A stretch of 44,288 nucleotides of DNA from a virus. Taxonomy: Duplodnaviria > Caudoviricetes. A model generated the notes under the pieces. It saw nothing but the letters and a program-made list of their open reading frames with translations, made no database searches and had not been told where the DNA came from. The stretch is taken from IMG/VR virus record IMGVR_UViG_3300032332_000835, positions 1 through 44,288 of that record; one strand, given 5' to 3'. Shown here one piece after another: positions 37,326-44,288 of the stretch (position 1 is its first letter; each line of letters opens with the position of its first letter). Made by a program: the position numbers and the translations under genes.

Positions 37326-37502
37326 ATGAATGATGCATGGAAAGAGTTAGATCAAGTCATAAGAAAGTGGGCAGTAATGTCAGGATTTGAAAACGACTTA
37401 AAAAATTATGAAAATTTGAAGGAAAGTCAACAGGATCCTAGTACTCAGGAAAAAAGAATTCAATATTTAAGGGATTGTTATAATAAACATGTACACATCT
37501 GA
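37326..37502 (+). CDS. 58-aa hypothetical protein (not in the ORF track)
   Basis: RBS AAGGA; MNDAWKELDQVIRKWAVMSG..; fills the gap. Confidence 0.55.
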   Translation: MNDAWKELDQVIRKWAVMSGFENDLKNYENLKESQQDPSTQEKRIQYLRDCYNKHVHI

Positions 37503-37644
37503 AATAAAAGAAGCAGAAGACGGATCCGGAGATGCTATTTTAGAATTTCCGGAAGAAATGATTCGGGAATTAAATTGGAAAGAAGGAGATACGCTCAAAA
37601 TTTCTTTGGAAGAAGATGGGACGATAATTTTAAGGAAAATTTAG
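37489..37644 (+). CDS. AbrB/MazE/SpoVT-like DNA-binding protein (51 aa, not in the ORF track)
   Basis: Translates MYTSEIKEAEDGSGDAILEFPEEMIRELNWKEGDTLKISLEEDGTIILRKI, matching the swapped-hairpin pattern. Confidence 0.75.
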   Translation: MYTSEIKEAEDGSGDAILEFPEEMIRELNWKEGDTLKISLEEDGTIILRKI

Positions 37645-37692
37645 TTGTTTTCCGTACACACTCTTGACAGGACGCACACTCTATAGTATACT
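37643..37692 (+). promoter_or_regulatory. Sigma70 early promoter TTGACA-17-TATACT with a degenerate upstream box
   Basis: -35 at 37664, -10 at 37687; AGTTG-N8-ACACA at 37643-37660. Confidence 0.75.
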
Positions 37693-37717
37693 AATAACAC
37701 TAGAGAGAGGAAATCAC

Positions 37718-39844
37718 ATGGAACTTATTCAATCAAAATCACTTCTTGCCAAACTAATGGCGACTGAGAATCTAATTGTTGAACAACGCAATGTTCAGAC
37801 TGCATCTTTTGATGTACAGAATAGAATTTTGACTATTCCTATTTTGGATCGGAAAATTTCGAGTGATCTTTATGATCTATTAGTTGGGCATGAAGTCGGT
37901 CATGCATTGTATACGCCATTGGACGGGTTAAAAAAAGCAAAAGAGATGAATCTTGTCTCGTCTATTGTAAATGTGATTGAGGATGCGCGGATCGAACGTA
38001 AGATTAAGACGAAATATCCTGGTATTCGTGCTGGATTTTTGCGTGGTTATCGTGAATTGGTTGAAAAAGACTTTTTTGGCACGAAAGGTGTTGACCTTGA
38101 ACGTATGAATTTTATTGATCGTGTCAATATTCATTTTAAATCTGGTCAAGTTCAGATAAACAAGTTTACTTCTTTTGAACGGCAACTTATCAATGGCATT
38201 GAAAATACGGAATCTTTTGATGATGTTATTGAAATGACAAAGAAAGTGATTGAGTATTTGAAAAAAGAAAAAGAAGAGCGTCAGAAAGAAAACCATGTTG
38301 ACGAACCTGAAGAACCCGATTCAAAGTATGAGGATTACAATGATGAGGACTATGAAGAAATTGATGTTGATGATTGGGGTGTTGATGAAGAAGAGGAGTA
38401 TGAAGAAGAGAACTATGAACGTGGTTACTCAGAATATGACTTTGGTGAAGGAACAGATGGATCGAATTCAGTAAAAAGTGGTGGTGAACAGGATGTTCGT
38501 TCTTACACGGATGAAAGTTTCCGTGAGAATGAGAGCAAACTGTTTGCAAATGATTATCGGTATGAATATGTGAATTTGCCGACTATTGATCTTGATGAAG
38601 CGATTATTGATTACAAGGTATTGAAGAATCGCATTAAGAAGCATTATGACACTTCTATTACCGATTCTTCAGATCCATTAATGGATCCTGAGCATCTGCA
38701 TGAGTTGAATAAGACTTATACGGAAAATCGTAAAGTTGTTGCGTATTTGGCCAAAGAGTTTGAATTGCGTAAAAATGCAGAACAGACTAAGCGTTCATCT
38801 ATTGCAAAGACTGGTGAGTTGAATGTCAACAAGTTGTATTCGTACAAGTTTAGTGAGGACATTTTCCGTAAGATTACGGTTATGCCTGGTGGCAAGTCTC
38901 ATGGTCTTTTGATGTATATTGATTGGTCTGGTTCGATGGGAGACAATATTCACAATACAATGAAACAGTTGATTGCGTTATCGATGTTTTGTCGCAAGGT
39001 GAATATTCCGTTTGAAGTGTATGCGTTTACTTCTAATTATGATAGTTCGTATAGAGTAACTGCAAAACATGAGGATTTAGAACTTTATGGATTTAAGTTA
39101 TTGAATTTGTTTTCGTTCCGTATGTCTAGTGCAGAGTTTCATTATATGTGTTCTGCGATGTTTCGTATTTCTAAGTTCAATCGGTACAATGATGATCCAG
39201 ATTTCTTTTCGCTAGGCGGAACGCCGCTCAACGAATCCATCATTGCCGCGTCACAGATGGTGCCACTCTTTAAATGCAAGTATAAGTTGCAGATTGTCAA
39301 TACTGTGTTTCTTACTGATGGTGAATCAAATGCGAATGCGAATATGTATTTGCGATCAGATGTACATGAAGGGCATTTTGAATCGAAACAGTTAGGATAT
39401 CGGTGGGAACAAAATTCTAAGACCCGTGTTGTGGTGAGGGATCCGTTAACGAAACAACAAGTTATTGTCAATCATGTTTTTAGTGATATGACTAAGGGGT
39501 TGTTGAAAATGTTGAAACAACGAACTGATTGTAATATCATTGGGTTTTTCATTTTGAATCGATATCAGTTTCGCAGTTGTGTAAGTAGGTTGTTTAGTAA
39601 AGCTGCAGACCATCATGCGTTGTATGCAAAGTTTCGCAAAGAAAATTATGTTGTTGCAACTTCTGCAGGATATGATGAGTATTATTTGCTTCGTGCCGAT
39701 TCGTTCAATACAGATGACACAGAAGAATTGGTTGTAAAAGAAAATGCAACAACTCGCAGTTTGGTATCTGCATTTACAAAGTATACCAATTCGCGTCTAA
39801 GTAATCGTGTTGTACTAAATCGGTTTATCGGACTTATTGCATGA
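37718..39844 (+). CDS. Zincin-like metallopeptidase + acidic linker + VWA domain (CobT-like)
   Basis: HEVGH..NVIEDARIE, D/E-rich linker, MIDAS DWSGS, GGTPL and LTDGE; RBS GAGG. Confidence 0.85.
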   Translation: MELIQSKSLLAKLMATENLIVEQRNVQTASFDVQNRILTIPILDRKISSDLYDLLVGHEVGHALYTPLDGLKKAKEMNLVSSIVNVIEDARIERKIKTKYPGIRAGFLRGYRELVEKDFFGTKGVDLERMNFIDRVNIHFKSGQVQINKFTSFERQLINGIENTESFDDVIEMTKKVIEYLKKEKEERQKENHVDEPEEPDSKYEDYNDEDYEEIDVDDWGVDEEEEYEEENYERGYSEYDFGEGTDGSNSVKSGGEQDVRSYTDESFRENESKLFANDYRYEYVNLPTIDLDEAIIDYKVLKNRIKKHYDTSITDSSDPLMDPEHLHELNKTYTENRKVVAYLAKEFELRKNAEQTKRSSIAKTGELNVNKLYSYKFSEDIFRKITVMPGGKSHGLLMYIDWSGSMGDNIHNTMKQLIALSMFCRKVNIPFEVYAFTSNYDSSYRVTAKHEDLELYGFKLLNLFSFRMSSAEFHYMCSAMFRISKFNRYNDDPDFFSLGGTPLNESIIAASQMVPLFKCKYKLQIVNTVFLTDGESNANANMYLRSDVHEGHFESKQLGYRWEQNSKTRVVVRDPLTKQQVIVNHVFSDMTKGLLKMLKQRTDCNIIGFFILNRYQFRSCVSRLFSKAADHHALYAKFRKENYVVATSAGYDEYYLLRADSFNTDDTEELVVKENATTRSLVSAFTKYTNSRLSNRVVLNRFIGLIA

Positions 39845-40047
39845 CCCGCAAGGCACTACAAGATCGCATGAGAGAAATGATGGAACCCATAGACTCCGCC
39901 ATTCAACTAACAGATGATAAAAATGAAATGTTAATGTTAGCTTGTGCGATGTTTCAAAGAACAACAGAAATCTTTGATACAATACTTGGTGAAGAAAAGA
40001 GAAGATTTTTAATTAAACAAATATCAGAAGATGGTGAACATGGATAA
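39841..40047 (+). CDS. Hypothetical protein
   Basis: ATGA overlap with the upstream gene; helical 68 aa. Confidence 0.65.
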   Translation: MTRKALQDRMREMMEPIDSAIQLTDDKNEMLMLACAMFQRTTEIFDTILGEEKRRFLIKQISEDGEHG

Positions 40048-40342
40048 AAATAATGAAACACTTCTTATTACACAAGAAGAATGTGCAGAAGTGGCACAAG
40101 CAATATCGAAATGCTTTCGATTTGGTATGGATAATATTAAACCTGGAAAACCAAAAACCAATAGAGAACACCTAGAAGAAGAACTAGGTGATCTTCTAGC
40201 AATGATTGGTATTCTTATTGATAAGGGCGTGGTAAATCGTGAAAATGTTTACCGGGCATCCGAGAAAAAAATTGAAAAACTCAAAGAGTGGTCAACTGTT
40301 TTTTCGGAAGAGGATGAAGAATGGGATGAAGAATGGATTTAA
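40031..40342 (+). CDS. MazG-like NTP pyrophosphohydrolase
   Basis: QEECAEVAQAISK..RFG and LEEELGDLL. Confidence 0.8.
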   Translation: MVNMDKNNETLLITQEECAEVAQAISKCFRFGMDNIKPGKPKTNREHLEEELGDLLAMIGILIDKGVVNRENVYRASEKKIEKLKEWSTVFSEEDEEWDEEWI

Positions 40343-40458
40343 ATCAATTAATCCATCTAATCAATCGCATACTATGTTATATGCCATTGAATAATCCAAT
40401 GAGAGGAGAACTGCAAGAAATGCTTCATAATATGAAAACACAGAGGTCGGCACAGTAA
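40333..40458 (+). CDS. 41-aa hypothetical protein, last + strand gene (not in the ORF track)
   Basis: MDLNQLIHLINRILCYMPLNNPMRGELQEMLHNMKTQRSAQ; overlaps the upstream stop. Confidence 0.5.
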   Translation: MDLNQLIHLINRILCYMPLNNPMRGELQEMLHNMKTQRSAQ

Positions 40459-40621
40459 ACCGACCGGAAAAAAATTTAGGAATGCAAAAAGTGAAAAATC
40501 GAAAAAAACTGGAAAATCACCGAGAAAAAAAGTTACTGATCGCGCCATTTGGGCCACCACCACTTTTTTCTTATAATAGCGTTTTTGCTAATTCGCGGCA
40601 TGCCAATTCGAATTAGCTATT
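40445..40621. other. Convergent strand-switch junction with hairpins and A-tracts
   Basis: Inverted repeats GGTCGG/CCGACC and GCTAATTCG/CGAATTAGC (40587-40617); six A4-A7 tracts in 40468-40531. Confidence 0.6.
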
Positions 40622-40626
40622 GCAGA

Positions 40627-40797
40627 CTATGCCCGCTTTGGCATTGGCGCCTTTTGAATTGGCATTGCGCGAAACTGCTTGGCCTTGCGTCCTTTAGGCG
40701 CCAATACCGTAACAGACTTGCCTGCCTTTAAAAAATCAATAAGCAATTCCAAACCTTGACAGGCCTTTGCCACACTATTTGCATTAACGCTTTGCAT
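40627..40797 (-). CDS. 56-aa basic hypothetical protein (not in the ORF track)
   Basis: RBS GGAG; MQSVNANSVAKACQGLELLIDFLKAGKSVTVLAPKGRKAK..PKRA. Confidence 0.65.
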   Translation of the reverse strand: MQSVNANSVAKACQGLELLIDFLKAGKSVTVLAPKGRKAKQFRAMPIQKAPMPKRA

Positions 40798-40800
40798 TGT

Positions 40801-40893
40801 TTACTCCATCACACCAAGTTGGACCAGCAGAATGACAGCGCGCATGGCCAGGTCAACCACCGCAAACAGCACTTCATTCAGAATCGTTTCCAT
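40801..40893 (-). CDS. 30-aa hydrophobic peptide (not in the ORF track)
   Basis: METILNEVLFAVVDLAMRAVILLVQLGVME, immediately downstream of a promoter. Confidence 0.5.
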   Translation of the reverse strand: METILNEVLFAVVDLAMRAVILLVQLGVME

Positions 40894-40920
40894 CGTTTTT
40901 TACCAATTGCTCTTTCGATG

Positions 40921-40995
40921 GAGTCCATTCTACAGGAAACGGTATACTTGTCAATCGTTGCAGAAAAACAACAGAAATGTCTCAGAAAAACAACA
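40921..40995 (-). promoter_or_regulatory. Early promoter TTGACA-16-TAGAAT with two tandem TGTTG-N8 boxes
   Basis: -35 at 40954-40949, -10 at 40932-40927; boxes at 40956-40973 and 40978-40995. Confidence 0.75.
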
Positions 40996-41018
40996 CAGTA
41001 TATCTTATGTGGTGTTTA

Positions 41019-41264
41019 TGATATAATATTGGGTTATATTGCGAGATTTATTGCGGAAATTGCGGCATTGTGTGCAAAGACTAAGTGGGATATTAATTCC
41101 AATATAATCTAATATATTCCAATATAACGCAATATTTCACCATATTAACGCTGTATTAACACGATAAACGTAAACAATTCTCATTTAGATTACAATTAAC
41201 ATTACAGATACGTTACACCGCGACATGGACCGCGACACTTTTTTGCACATAAATACACTTTTTT
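41019..41264. repeat. Non-coding region of short inverted, helically spaced repeat arrays (origin-like)
   Basis: ATTG units at 41028/38/50/59/67 face (C/T)AATAT units at 41100/10/20/30; ACCGCGACA x2; ACACTTTTTT x2. Confidence 0.6.
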
Positions 41265-41267
41265 ACA

Positions 41268-41453
41268 CTATTCTTTCAATTTAATATCTGCTACACGTCC
41301 ATTTGGATATTTCTCTAATGCTTGTCTTTTTACATCATCGATATCTTTAGCAGTTATCACAAACATATCCAATTGTGGTGTCGCGTTATCACCAACGTGC
41401 CACATTTCTTTAAACATGATCACATTGTACTCTTTTAATTGATTTTCTTCCAT
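41268..41453 (-). CDS. Hypothetical protein
   Basis: RBS AAGGA; part of the - strand gene run. Confidence 0.65.
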   Translation of the reverse strand: MEENQLKEYNVIMFKEMWHVGDNATPQLDMFVITAKDIDDVKRQALEKYPNGRVADIKLKE

Positions 41454-41480
41454 GTTAATCCTTTTTGTTATATTATTACA

Positions 41481-41582
41481 TTAACGACATAATGCATCAG
41501 CAATTCCGTTCATTATAGTAAAAGCGGACACGCAAATAAAAATAGCTAATGCAACATCGAGTGGATTTATATTACGCATCAT
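41481..41582 (-). CDS. 33-aa single-TM peptide (not in the ORF track)
   Basis: MMRNINPLDVALAIFICVSAFTIMNGIADALCR; overlaps the upstream stop. Confidence 0.5.
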   Translation of the reverse strand: MMRNINPLDVALAIFICVSAFTIMNGIADALCR

Positions 41583-41832
41583 TTTCATTTACCATATTGA
41601 AGTGTTTATATATTGCTTCTTCTAGTAAGACTTTACCATTGTATGGAACAGAATTGTTGAACATTAGTATTTCACGGCGTGCAATATCGGCACATTCTTT
41701 TACTACCAACTCAATCAATGTCCGATTAAACTCATGCACAGAATAAATCGAAACATCATCCGATAATACCTTATGCGCCCGATCAACCAATACATCAACT
41801 ATATCATCTTTCGTAATATACCGCTTTGTCAT
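41572..41832 (-). CDS. Hypothetical protein
   Basis: ATGA overlap; ELVVKECADIA motif common in small phage proteins. Confidence 0.65.
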   Translation of the reverse strand: MTKRYITKDDIVDVLVDRAHKVLSDDVSIYSVHEFNRTLIELVVKECADIARREILMFNNSVPYNGKVLLEEAIYKHFNMVNENDA

Positions 41833-42140
41833 GCGACGTGCCATTCTAAATCATCCTTATATTCAATATATTCTGATCCATCATATTCATCAATTCGAAA
41901 TTCACGACCAATATCGATCCATTCAATCCTTAAATCCTCAGCACCTGAAAAGTAATGTTGGTCACCATAAATCGATTCACAATACGCCTCAATTTCAGTA
42001 TAATGCTTTTTTGATTCAATCATACCGACAATTACGGGATCATACAATAATTTTTCTTCACCATGCCAAGAATACCAACCAGCACCATATCCAGGCGAAT
42101 ACAATACTGCCACTTTACCATCACGAATTACTTTTTCCAT
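41829..42140 (-). CDS. Conserved phage hypothetical protein
   Basis: VAVLYSPGYGAGWYSW and FRIDEYDGSE; RBS GAGGTGG. Confidence 0.75.
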   Translation of the reverse strand: MEKVIRDGKVAVLYSPGYGAGWYSWHGEEKLLYDPVIVGMIESKKHYTEIEAYCESIYGDQHYFSGAEDLRIEWIDIGREFRIDEYDGSEYIEYKDDLEWHVA

Positions 42141-42331
42141 TATACACCACCTCTAACAAAAATATAATCATCATACTCAAGGAACATATCAGACTTTGGA
42201 TTCCAATACTTACCTTCTTTTGGATCATAATACAGAGTCATTCCATTAGCATAATGAAATGGTCCCTCTAGACCTTTCACTTTGGAATAGGACTTTTGCA
42301 ATTCGGTATGTTGGAATACGGTATACGCCAT
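42140..42331 (-). CDS. Conserved phage hypothetical protein
   Basis: GLEGPF..G..LYYDPKEGKYW; TAATG coupling to its neighbours. Confidence 0.75.
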   Translation of the reverse strand: MAYTVFQHTELQKSYSKVKGLEGPFHYANGMTLYYDPKEGKYWNPKSDMFLEYDDYIFVRGGV

Positions 42332-42501
42332 TATTGAAACTCCAACAAGTCTGCTACATCATCATCATATAACCATGCAATTGTTTTTCGAACACTTTCA
42401 TTCACGGAAAAATGTTCACGGTACATGGTGTAATAATGGCAAAAGAAATTGTCATCACCACGCGCTTCAGTATACCGTTGCGCCCGAATCAAAAAATCCA
42501 T
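42331..42501 (-). CDS. Hypothetical protein
   Basis: RBS GGAGAG before ATG 42501; coupled to the next gene. Confidence 0.6.
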   Translation of the reverse strand: MDFLIRAQRYTEARGDDNFFCHYYTMYREHFSVNESVRKTIAWLYDDDVADLLEFQ

Positions 42502-42505
42502 TGCA

Positions 42506-42691
42506 TTACTCTCCAATCTCATATTGGTTATCGTACCAATCGTCATTGCAACCCGTTACGATATAGTTTGGATCATCCACACCATCATCATATTCTATAT
42601 CGTCAATACATGGACAACCATTTTCAAACCATGCATCACGCGCTTCCAAATCATCACCAGAAACAAACGGAAAATAATCAAAATCATCCAT
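42506..42691 (-). CDS. Very acidic hypothetical protein
   Basis: Asp/Glu- and aromatic-rich 61 aa with a single basic residue; GGTGA upstream. Confidence 0.6.
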   Translation of the reverse strand: MDDFDYFPFVSGDDLEARDAWFENGCPCIDDIEYDDGVDDPNYIVTGCNDDWYDNQYEIGE

Positions 42692-42703
42692 TATAATCAC
42701 CAA

Positions 42704-42937
42704 TTAAGCAGGCATTTCGGAGAGGTTTTTCATCTCAAATTTAATCCGATTAATGCGATTCCGTGCAAGACCAGAAACCCATTTAATCTTGGCCGATTCA
42801 AGCGCCTTAAGAGTATCCATCGATTGGCGATTAAGGAACTGGACCAAAGATTTATACTCTTCGGAAGAAGGATCAATCCGATCAACATCAGCCATCATCT
42901 TTCGAAGGGTGACGATTTTCAATTCGACGACATTCAT
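42704..42937 (-). CDS. Hypothetical protein
   Basis: RBS AGGA before ATG 42937 (MNVVELKIV..); the longer track ORF overlaps the neighbour. Confidence 0.65.
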   Translation of the reverse strand: MNVVELKIVTLRKMMADVDRIDPSSEEYKSLVQFLNRQSMDTLKALESAKIKWVSGLARNRINRIKFEMKNLSEMPA

Positions 42938-42950
42938 TATTAAAATCCTA

Positions 42951-43223
42951 TTAAGCAATAACAATAACACGGGGCGATTTAGGATTATCCATAAAACAAT
43001 GCCCCTGCAACGGCGCGGTAAAATAATCCGTATTGGATTTTTTCTCCTCTTGACCGTCCCATACCCGTTTAATAAACTTGGCACGGAAAGTACCATTGGT
43101 TTCAAAAATACCAACTACCTTACCAATAATAAAACAATTGTCAACACCATTAAAATCAAAAGACTTGACAACATCACCAATACGCATTGCTTTGTGCATT
43201 TTCTGTTCCGTTTCGTTCACCAT
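42951..43223 (-). CDS. Hypothetical protein (SH3-like beta pattern)
   Basis: MRIGDVVKSFDF..C.IIGKV; first gene after the promoter. The true start may be a downstream ATG. Confidence 0.7.
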   Translation of the reverse strand: MVNETEQKMHKAMRIGDVVKSFDFNGVDNCFIIGKVVGIFETNGTFRAKFIKRVWDGQEEKKSNTDYFTAPLQGHCFMDNPKSPRVIVIA

Positions 43224-43328
43224 GGATACCATTATACAGGCTAGCGCGGAAAAGGCAACCTGTTGTTCCTATACAACAATTGCCCGTTCCATGCATCCAC
43301 ATTATAATCCACCACTCTATTGTTCCAA
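43224..43328 (-). promoter_or_regulatory. Tandem early promoters flanking the inverted-repeat box TGTTG-N8-CAACA
   Basis: TTGCCT-16-TATAAT (43258 to 43231); box at 43261-43278; a second TTGGAA-16-TATAAT (43328 to 43301). Confidence 0.7.
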
Positions 43329-43517
43329 TGATTGAATTCGATTAATAATCGATTGAATAGAATTAATGAAAGAAATATCACCCGATTCTAACTTGTCCAT
43401 GTCCGGACTATTACCATTCATCTTATAAGCAATTAATGCAGACTTAATCGTTAAAATATCAATGTAATCCAATGGCACCCACCCAACAACAGAATTGGTT
43501 TTATGCAATTGGTACAT
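43317..43517 (-). CDS. Hypothetical protein
   Basis: ATG 2 nt after the upstream stop; purine-rich RBS. Confidence 0.55.
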   Translation of the reverse strand: MYQLHKTNSVVGWVPLDYIDILTIKSALIAYKMNGNSPDMDKLESGDISFINSIQSIINRIQSLEQ

Positions 43518-43518
43518 A

Positions 43519-44016
43519 TTATTCTTCCTCCTCCTCTTCCTCTTTATTTTCCTCTTCCCATTCGGCAATCGACTCTGAAATACAAAACATTTCATCCAAT
43601 TCTTCCGGAAGTATTTCTTTTACATCATCCGATGATAATCCACCATAATCATAATAATTGTCATTGCCATCAGAATAAACACCAGCAAAACACATACCAG
43701 GTTCATAATAATAGGCCTCTACCTCATAACCCATCTCCTCTAATGCAGAATAAAATGCAATTGGTGGCGACCACGCAGTATCAAAAGATAACACAATTTC
43801 AGTATCAGATTGATCAATAATATTAACACCAGTATCCCACTTGGTGCCCCAATTGGTTACATTCCAACCATACCAATCACTCTCTGATTCAGGCATAGGA
43901 ACCAATTTACTAAAAAAACCATTCTCACTTGAGGATTCAGCGGCAGCAATAACTTTCACCATCAATTCTTTATCATCAGACTTGATCGTAACAGTATTAG
44001 AATTCCAATTCGGCAT
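43519..44016 (-). CDS. DUF1281/YubB(Api92)-like ferredoxin-fold protein
   Basis: MPNW.SN, WYGWNVTNWGTKWD, FDTAWSPP and YYEPGM.FAG; RBS AAGGA. Confidence 0.8.
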   Translation of the reverse strand: MPNWNSNTVTIKSDDKELMVKVIAAAESSSENGFFSKLVPMPESESDWYGWNVTNWGTKWDTGVNIIDQSDTEIVLSFDTAWSPPIAFYSALEEMGYEVEAYYYEPGMCFAGVYSDGNDNYYDYGGLSSDDVKEILPEELDEMFCISESIAEWEEENKEEEEEEE

Positions 44017-44033
44017 AATATATTTCCTTTAAA

Positions 44034-44288
44034 TTAAGCAGCAATTTTAAGATTAAACGTCGGGTACTTTACAAAACCAGTGGTATCGGACTTTGCTTTA
44101 CCCTTGGCATAAAGACCAACAATAACACCTTTTGGATCAAGAAACCGCAAGTCGGAATCATCACCATTGAATACGGGCAGACCAAAATGGGATTCTGGAA
44201 ATGCAGAACCTTTTTTGATACCGAAAACAACAGCAACATTATAACCTTGTGCAATTGCCTTTGTTACATCAGCATCATTACCATCAGC
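44034..44288 (-). CDS. GP88-like phage protein, C-terminal part (5' end outside window; not in the ORF track)
   Basis: Own translation: ..NVAVVF..NGDDSDLRFLDPKGVIVGLYAKGKAKSDTTGFV..KIAA*. Confidence 0.7.
   Translation of the reverse strand, partial: ADGNDADVTKAIAQGYNVAVVFGIKKGSAFPESHFGLPVFNGDDSDLRFLDPKGVIVGLYAKGKAKSDTTGFVKYPTFNLKIAA

Noticed and set aside
1453-39471. Numerous 60-130 aa antisense and alternate-frame ORFs in the track
   Set aside because: They are shadows of well-supported + strand genes with no RBS or motifs. Only the lipobox-bearing ORF at 26654 was kept.
41248-41255. CATAAATA as a late promoter antisense to the early genes
   Set aside because: A single 7/8 match in AT-rich DNA with no downstream gene; it cannot be distinguished from chance.
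43221-43236. Leaderless translation from ATG 43223, 7 nt after the -10
   Set aside because: The same TCCAT context in the 40921 promoter is not followed by G, so the ATG may be incidental; downstream in-frame ATGs are equally plausible starts.
40549-43820. + strand ORFs at 40549, 40756, 40832, 41831, 42449, 42753 and 43503
   Set aside because: They are antisense to coupled - strand genes with RBSs, or run across promoter and repeat DNA; their compositions look non-coding.
1-44288. CRISPR array, tRNA or rRNA genes, integrase or transposase
   Set aside because: I saw no regularly spaced 25-45 bp repeats, cloverleaf/T-loop signatures or recombinase motifs by eye. Intergenic space is minimal. 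tRNAscan/Infernal were not run.
1-44288. Stop-codon reassignment
   Set aside because: Core genes are intact under the standard code, and TAA, TGA and TAG all terminate genes at sensible positions.

Overview
AT-rich window from a large T4-like (Tevenvirinae/cyanomyovirus-style) dsDNA phage. The host is probably Gram-negative, inferred from the spanins, sigma70 promoters and PlcP/Agt homologues. The + strand carries, in order: the replication core (gp43 polymerase, UvsX, gp40-like, gp41 helicase); a DruA/Mom-like protein and a restriction-fold-like protein; a ~10.5 kb glycan-synthesis island; a ~8 kb late locus of putative capsid-internal proteins with MKSF..E leaders and Glu-delimited modules, including an RNA-ligase-like protein and a nucleotidyltransferase-kinase fusion; a compact lysis cassette; then primase, ThyX, an NTP pyrophosphohydrolase, nrdA and nrdB. 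A PlcP + Agt-like lipid-remodelling pair is inserted between nrdA and nrdB. Transcription switches strand near 40.5 kb. A repeat-rich, origin-like region follows, then small early genes on the - strand driven by promoters sharing a TGTTG-N8-CAACA box. The best candidates for under-described biology are the phage PlcP/Agt module, the protease-processed injected polyprotein locus, and a possible virion glycosylation system. All family calls come from motif recognition by eye; no searches were run.
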